Part shown: positions 18,908 to 27,900 of the stretch, one piece after another | Layout: each line of letters opens with the position of its first letter | Position numbering within the stretch: position 1 is the first letter of the stretch | Origin: a virus | Lineage: Duplodnaviria > Caudoviricetes | Virus record (IMG/VR): IMGVR_UViG_3300044988_000895 | Location: 1-63,112 of that record | Reading direction: 5' to 3' (one strand) | DNA: 63,112 nt | Made by a program: the position numbers and the translations under genes | The notes under the pieces: model-generated | What the model was told of the DNA's origin: nothing | Seen by the model: only the letters and a program-made list of their open reading frames with translations | Databases searched by the model: none

Positions 18908-21900
18908 TTATTTAGTGCCAGATCCAACATTAGTAACTCCCTTACCACCCGTTTGGAGGAATGATCCATAAGCCCACTTAGTATTCATGAATGGTTTGTT
19001 TCTAACTTTTCTTGCTTCAGTATCTCCGCCCATTCCCCCTGCACTTGATTTAGTACTATTGTCTGTGTCACCAAGTGCATCCTTTATCTGAGTAAGAAGT
19101 TCTACCATTTGTTCGTTTAATTCAGTTTGAGTTACTGCTTCGGATGCAATTTCAGTCAATTCTGGCGAAGAAACGGTGGAAGAATTAGGTTCTGATGTCA
19201 CAACTTCTTTTTGAACCTTTTCTCTCATACTAGGTTCTGGAGGTATTGCGGTAGCTACTGGATTATTTGCTTCCATTGCACCACCAGAAGCACTCAATCC
19301 GCCAATCTGACTTCCTGCAGCATTTGTCAATTTTGCCATAGCACCGAATTGAGTTTCTAAACCAGAGATATCATCAATATTCATTCCGGGTAAATTCATT
19401 GAAGACATATTTAACATAATGTTAGACATGCCAAACATTGCCTTTTGAATTTCAATTAACATGTCGGCAACAAGTTTTATTCTTGTCAAAGCTTCTGTTA
19501 ATTCTGTCGAATCTGGCAAATTATTCATGATTGGATTGATAATTCCGTTGGTAAGGAATGAAGAAATACCAACCCAATAACTTGAGAATGTTTTTATGCT
19601 TTTATATATTTTTTCAATAGGCGATTTAGTGAACCAACCACCATCAGTTAATGGTGCTATATTTTCACTCAACGATGCAGAAACATTATATACTTCCTTT
19701 AAAATATCAGGAAGCACAACAAGACTTTTTGTAATTTCATTTAAAGAAGAAGCATCTGGCAAAGTAGATATTGGTCTTATAATTCCATTATTTATAAAGT
19801 TTGCTATTCCGATCCAATATGATGCAAAAGTCTTAGCAGATTCGTACATGGTTGCTATCGGAGACTTAACAAAAATGTTACTTAACCAACTACCAGTTAG
19901 AGGTTGTATCTGTTCTGAGAATGTGTCAATTACTTTCCTTACACCTATAAGGATACCAGAAACGAAAGTTAATTTGGTCATAACTTCTGTTAATTTTTCA
20001 ACATTAGACATTCTATTTACTGGTTCAATAATACCAATCTGTATAAAGTTTGCTATTCCAGTCCAATAGGATGCAAAGCTTTTAGCTGATTCGTACATGG
20101 TTGCTATTGGCGACTTAACGAAAATGTTACTTAACCAACTACCAGTCAAAGGTTGTATTTGTTCTGAGAATGTGTCAATTACTTTCCTTACACCTATAAA
20201 GATGCCAGACACGAAAGTTAATTTGGTCATAACTTCTGTTAATTTCTCAACATTAGACATTTTATTTACTGGTTCAATAATACCAACTTGTATGAAGTTG
20301 GCTATTCCAGCCCAATATGATGCAAAGCTTTTAGCTGATTCGTACATGGTCGCTATTGGCGACTTAACAAAAATATTACTTAACCAATTACCAGTCAAAG
20401 GTTGTATTTGTTCTGAGAATGTGTCAATTACAACTCTAACCGCTTTAAGAATACCAGACACAAAATTCAACTTGTTTATGACTTCTGTTAGTTTTTCAAC
20501 ATTAGACATTTTATTTACTGGTTCAATAATACCGACTTGTATAAAGTGGGCTATTCCAGTCCAATAGGATGCAAAACTTTTAGCCGATTCGTACATAGTT
20601 GCTATTGGAGAAATGGCAAAAAGTCTTGTTAGCCAATTACCAGTCAAAGGTTGTATTTGTTCTGAGAATGTGTCAATCACAACTCTAACCGCTTTAAGAA
20701 CGCCAGATACAAAATTTAATTTATCTATAACTTCTTTTAATTTATCAACACCCGATATTTTAAATACTGGTTCAATAATACCGACTTGTATGAAGTGGGC
20801 TATTCCAGTCCAATAGGATGCAAAGCTCTTTGCTGACTCGTACATGGTTGCTATTGGTGAAATGCCTAAAAGAGTCTGTAGCCAATTACCAGTCAAAGGT
20901 TGTATTTGTTCTGAGAATGTGTCAATTACACCTCTAACCGCTTTAAGAACACCAGACACGAAATTTAATTTGCTCATAACTTCATTTAACTTATCGACAC
21001 TAGACATTTTATTTACGGGTTCAATAATACCAGTTTGTATGAAGTGGGCTATTCCAGTCCAATATGATGCAAAATTCTTTGCTGACTCAAGCATATATGC
21101 CATTGGCGACATATTGAAAATATTTTGTAACCAGTTTCCAGTTAATGGTTGTATTTGTTGTGAGAATGAATCAATTACACCTCTAACGCCATTTATAATG
21201 TTAGAAATTATATTTAATTTTTGAGAAGTTGTTTTCAATTCTTCAACACTAGACATCTGACTTACTGGTGTGATAATTCCAATTTGTATGAAACTAGCTA
21301 TGCTAACCCAATATGATGCAAAGTTCTTTGCTGATTCAAGCATATATGCCATTGGCGACATATTGAAAATGTTTTGCAACCAGCTTCCAGTTAGTGGTTG
21401 TATTTGTTGTGAGAATGAGTCAATTACTCCTTTAACTCCATTTATAATGCTAGAAATTACACCTAATTTTTGAGAAGTAGACTTCAATTCTTCAACACCA
21501 GACATCTGATTTACTGGTGTGATAATACCAGTTTGTATGAATGTTGCTATGGCTGACCAATAAGTTGAAAAAGTTTGAGCCGATGAAGCTAATGATGCAA
21601 TTGGAGAGCTACTAAAAATACCACCAGAAGTTAAAGGCTCCAAAGCAATTGTTAAAAATTCAATAGTGTTTCTTATTTCGCCAAATATCTCAGTTGATTT
21701 TTTTAATTTGTTACTTGATTCATCAATTTCTGCACTTGGCGATAATTGACTTATTGGTTTTATAATTCCATTAGCAATAAAGGAAGTTATAGCTGACCAA
21801 TACTCTGCAAAAATCTTAGCAGATGAATACAGTGATGCGATTGGTGATTTTGTGAAGAATCCACCTTCAGTCAATGGTTGTAAATTAATGGCAAAAGAAT

Positions 21901-24900
21901 CAAGAGTTTGTCTTATATCTCCAAAAATTTGCGTTACACTTTGCAATTTTGTAATTATTTCTTTTAATTCTGAATCATCAGGCAATAATCTGAGAGGAAT
22001 AATTATTCCGTCTATTAAAGCGTATGCTATTCCGCTAAACCAAGCACCAACTATTTTAGCTGCTGAAAAAATTGCGAAGTCAAAATACCCAGAAAACATA
22101 AGTGACGATAAACCATCAGAAAGTCTTTGAATGAATACAGGTATTTCTCTAATGACCAAATCCATATTGCTTATAGCTTGATTTGCTTTTTGTAAATCTT
22201 TTGAATCAACCATTCCAGAAAGAATAGGCTCAATAATTCCTTCCTTCAAGAATGTTGCAATCGTATAAAAATAAATTTCAAATATAATTGCATTTTTTGC
22301 AAGCATTGCCATGGGAGAATCTTTCATGCAATCTTTAGGGTCTAAAAGACCTAATAAGCTTGAAAGTGAATTTATTACTCTTGGTATAGTTGGCAATAAC
22401 TGTGCCATCATTGTGATAATGCTAGTTGCTTTGGCTATAGTTTTGGTATCTGGCAAAACTTCTAAAATTGGTGTAACTATACCATCTCGTAAAAACTCTG
22501 CCACAGATACAAAATACTCACTAAAAATATCTTTAGAAGATTTTATCATTTTCATTGGTGCTTTTTTCATTGCATCTCTACTTACAACCAATGGAATTAA
22601 ACCTTGTGCAGTTTGATTGATAACTCGTGGTATATTTGGAAGCAATTGAGCTATCATTGTGATGATACTAGTGGCTTTAGCCAAAATTGAAGCATCTGGA
22701 AATTCTTCTAATATTGGCATCACTACGCCATCTCTTAAAAATGCTGCAGTTTCTCTGAAGTAATTTGCGAAATCTTCTTTTGATTCTGAGATTGCTTTAA
22801 GCGGAGCTTTTTTAATGGCATCTTTACTTACAACTAATGGTATTAAACCATCTGATACACCTTTTATAACTTTTGGAATTATTGAAATGATTTTGCTTAG
22901 ATTAGTAAGTATGCTTGTTGCTTCAACGATTTTTGAAATTGGAACATCAGAAAAAGCTGTATTGATTTCTACTACTATTGCATCTCTAACAAATGCTGCT
23001 ACTGTTCTAAAATATTTTGCAAATGCATCTTTATTTTTCATAATCGTTTCAACTGGAGTTTTTGCAAAGAAACTCTTTGATTCAGTCATTAACCCAATTG
23101 CAGCTGCAAGATTTTTGATGATTGGAGGAACTGCACTTATGGTTTTAGCCATAGACTGCATAATTACTGCAGCAGAAACCATTATTGAAGGATCTGGAAA
23201 TGTCGCCAAAACAGGAGTTACAATTCCATCTCTAATAAATTGACTTATAGCCAAGAATGTTCTTTGGAATTCATCCTTATTTTTCATAATTTTTGTTATT
23301 GGAGAGTCACTGAAAATTGACTTAGACTCCATGAGTCCAAATGTTTGATCTACACTTTTCAAAACAATAGCTGTACTTCTCATTATCGATGCTGTTTGAC
23401 ATAATCTTTCTGCGGCAGTTTTCAATTGTCCAGAATCACCAACTGATAAGGCTGGCTTAACAATGCCATCTTTAACAAATTCTGCTATCGCTATGAAACT
23501 TCTTTGAAACTCATCCTTGTTCTTCATGATTTTTTCCACAGGAGCTTGTGAGAAAAATGATGCTGGGTCCATGTATGCAATTACGCCCATCATTCCTTTT
23601 ATTACTCTTCCAGCACTACCAAGCACAACTGCCATTCTTGTAAGTTGTAAATTAGCATCAATCAAATCGTCATCAGATGCCATGTTTTTAGTAACTGGAA
23701 TTACAATGCCATTAGTTATAAACGATGCAACCTCTGTAAAGAAGTTTCTCATTGCATCCATGCCAGCCTTGATTTTATCAATAGGAGCAGCATTAAAGAA
23801 TCCAGATTCGGTATAAGGAACTATCTTTGATTGCATTTGTTGAATTACTGGATGAACTTGGCTCAATAATATTCCTATAGCCTTAATCTTCATCCCAGCA
23901 TCTTGTAAGCCTTGAACATCTTTAAACGCTGTGTTCATCGGCTTTACGATTGCATCTGTTATAAACTTTGGAACTGTCGAGAAGAAGCTTTGGAATTGAG
24001 GCATAGCACTGTTAAGCTGACTTACTATACTTCCAGAAAACCATCCAGCTTCAGTTAAAGGAAGAATCTTTTCATTTAAATCTTTAACTGTTTGTGCAGT
24101 CAAACTTACAAGCTCACCAACATTCTTCATGACACTTATCAATCTCTTACCAGTTTCTACATCTACTTTACTTTCAATCTGTTTGACAACTCCAACCATT
24201 GCATTTGTGAAAGAAAGAATACCACTTCCCATAATTCTAAATGCAATTGCTGCTCCGTAAAGTTTCACAAAGTCTTTTACTGCGTTTGTTAATCCGCCAA
24301 CTGATAAAATTTTATCTTTTGCTTTTATTATTTCATCGCTAACTTGTCCTATAGATGCCAAAATGTCTGCTATACCTTGACCCATTTCTTTTGCTTGTTT
24401 TGGATTTATAACTTCACCAACACTTTTAGAAAACTTAACTATAGAAGCAGCATAATTCTTTACTGGAGCCATCATACTGTTAAGTGCGTAGACTCCTTCA
24501 TTCATACTGTCTTGTAAGGTTCCGCCACCAAAAAATTCCCAAAATTTACTATGCATTGGAACTTTTTTCAATTTATCTTTTACTTTATAAATCGCATCAG
24601 TCACAACCATACAACCATCAATTACATCTGCAACACCTTGACCCATTTCTTTTGCTTGTTTTGGATTTATTACAGAGCCAACTGTTTTTGAAAATGTCAC
24701 TATGGATTCAATATATTTCTTAGTTGGCTCCATTATGTCTTTAAGCGCTAAAACTCCTTGATCCATAATTTCAGACAAAGAACCACCACTTACCCAAGCC
24801 CAAAATTTACTATATTTCGGAACATTAACTAACTTGTCTTTTGCTTTGTAAATCGCATCAGTCACAACCATACAACCATCAATTATATCCGCAACACCTT

Positions 24901-27900
24901 GACCCATACTTTTTGCAAGTTTGGGATTTATAACGGAGCCAACTCTTTTTGAAAATGCAACTATAGTTTGAATATAAGTTGTTACTGGTCCCATCATTTC
25001 ATGGAGTGCCAATACACCTTCTCTTAAAGTTTCTTGTAATGGTATTCCTCTAAGCCAAGTCCAAAATCCACTATGCTTTGGAACATTAATTAATTTGTCT
25101 TTTACTTTCATGATCTCTTCATTAACTGAAGCGACACCAGCAAGAATTTCAGCTACACCTCTTCCCATTTCGGTAGCTTTTCTTGGATCTATTATGGAAG
25201 CTATATTTCTTGAAAACAACACAATAGCCATTACATACATTTTGGTTGGATTCATTATTTCTAAAAGTGTGGCTACGCCTTTCCACATTTGATCTGGTAG
25301 TTTATTATTCGTAAGCCAATTCCAAAAACTTCCATACTCAGGGAAATTTGCAAGCTTGTCTTTAACTTTCATTATTTCGTCAGTAACTGCAGCAATGCCA
25401 GCAAGAAGTTCTGCAACATCTTTGCCCATTTGAGTTGCTTTTTTAGGTTCTATGATAGAAGCTAGGAATCTAGAAAAATTAACAACAGAAATTGCATAAT
25501 ATGCGGTTGGAAGCATTAAGGCTCTAAGAACTTTACCGCCAGCATACATTGTTTTTGCAAGTGAATTGCCAATTAAAAAATCAAAGAATCCAGCATATTG
25601 TGAAAGATTTGAAAGTTTATCTTTAGCTTTCATAATTTCTTCAGTAACAGTTCCAACTGCACCCATAATGCCACTAACACCCTTGCCCATTTCAACTGCT
25701 TTTTTTGGTGATATGATTTCTACTAATGAATCATAGAAATTTGTTACAGCAGTAACATAACTTCTAATTGGAAGTGTTAATGCCCACAAAGCCCAAGATC
25801 CAAGATATAAAAGTGGAATAAGAAATATTGCAGACATAGCCAACACACTAATTATCGCCAACTTATTAGCCATTTTTATAATTGAAAGAGCAATAGAAGT
25901 CGTAGCATCAAGAGTCGCATCTAGATTCTCAACAATTTTTTCAGCTTGACCTTTTTCAAAACTTAAAGCATTTGCCATTTTCAATATGGCTCCACTTAAA
26001 AGCAAAATCGCTGGAGTCAATACGAGCAAAGCTAAAGCACCAACAGCTAACATTCCAGCTAGTGGACCAGCATATACTACAAGTGATCCTAGTGCTACCA
26101 ATCCAGCAGTTGCAGACAAAATACCAATAGCAATATCACCAGCACTATTTAAAATCGAAGCGACTGCTTCGGTAGTTTCTTTGGCTTTAGTTGGATCTAT
26201 TTCTGAACTACCCAAAACAGAATCTGCTAATGATATAATGTTAGATGCTAAAGCTATTATTGGTCTAGTCAGAAGCAAAAGTGCAGCTGCTCCCAAAAGC
26301 ATAAGTGGAGCATAGGTGTAAACCATCGTAGCTAAAATGCCTAAATAAGTTAACCCTGCGATTGCAGCAATTATTCCAATTGCAATTAATGCTGCTGCTG
26401 CAATTATTCCAGCTACATTCTCTGCAACTTCAAGTGCCTTTCCAGAATCTAAACCGAAAGCTCCCAATATACCTTCAGACATTTTTATTACTGCAGAAGC
26501 AAGAGTTAATATTACTGGAGTTAAAGCCAATAATGCTCCTGCGCCAAGAAGAAACATCCATCCCCACGCAATATATGTTGAAGCCAAAACACCTAATTGG
26601 GTTAATCCATAAACTGCACCAAGAATTGCAACAGCAATTACTGCTGCTGCTGCAATTACTCCAGCCACAGTCATTCCAATTTCCCAAGCAGTAGATGCAT
26701 CAAGATTAAATGATCCTAAAAGCCATTCGCTCATTCTTATTATTGCAACAGCAAGCATTAATATTGCTGGAGTTAAAACCAATAATGCTCCCGCACCAAG
26801 AGGCATCATCCAAAGCCAAGATGGATATGTTGTAGCCAAAACACCTAATCCAGCTAATCCAGCAACTGCACCAAGAACTGCAACGGCAATTATTGCTGCT
26901 GCAGCAATTACTCCAGCCACAGTCATTCCAATTTTTAAGGCAGTAGATGCATCAAGATTAAATGCTCCTAAAATCCAATCACTCATTTTTATGATTGCAG
27001 CACCAAGAAGCACGATTGCTGGAGCTAAAACTAACAATGCTGCAGCACCGTATCCTATAGTCCATAATGTTAATGGATTACTTAGAAGTAGTTCGGCAAA
27101 TAAGCCTAATTCGAAAAGTTCTGGAAGTGCAGCTATAGCAGCCAATGCGATTAATCCAGCAGCGAGCATGATTGCTGCTACTGTTGCACCAACTCTAATG
27201 ACTGTTTTTAAATCAAGATTAAAAGCACCAAGAATTAAATCGCTCATTTTTATAATTGCAGCACCAAGAAGTACCATTGCTGGACCTATGACTAACAATA
27301 CTGCAGCACCCAATAAAACATTTGCAAAGTCAATTGATTCCCAATTTACTTTTTCTAATTGTTCTATAAGTTCTACCGAAGCCACTGCAATTCCCCCAGC
27401 TGCAACACCTAATGCTACTACTATGGCTGAAACTTCAAGTATTTTAGATAAATCAAGATCAAGTTTTGATGTAATTAATTGTGCTGCTTTTATAACAGCT
27501 GCTCCCAATATGATCAAAATAGGACCAAGTATTGCTACAGCACCAGCTACCATCAATAATTCTTTTGCATTTCCACCTTTGAATTTTTCCATAAATCCAG
27601 AGCTTTTTAATTCTTCAATTTTTCCAAGCAATTCTAAAGATGCGTATGCTATTCCTCCTGCTGCTGCACCAACGGCAACAACAACAGCAGCAGTTTCGGC
27701 AACAGTTGCAAGATCAAGACCAGTAAGCTTTAAAAGCTTACTTCCAAGAAATACTATTCCTATTCCCAAAATCACTAATGCAGCTGCAAGAGCCATTAGA
27801 ATGCCACCAGCCTTTATCAAATCTTCTGTCTTAATATTTTTTATTTGGCTTATTGCATCTTCTAAAAATGAAGAGTCGGCAGCTGGCATGCCCACCTTTA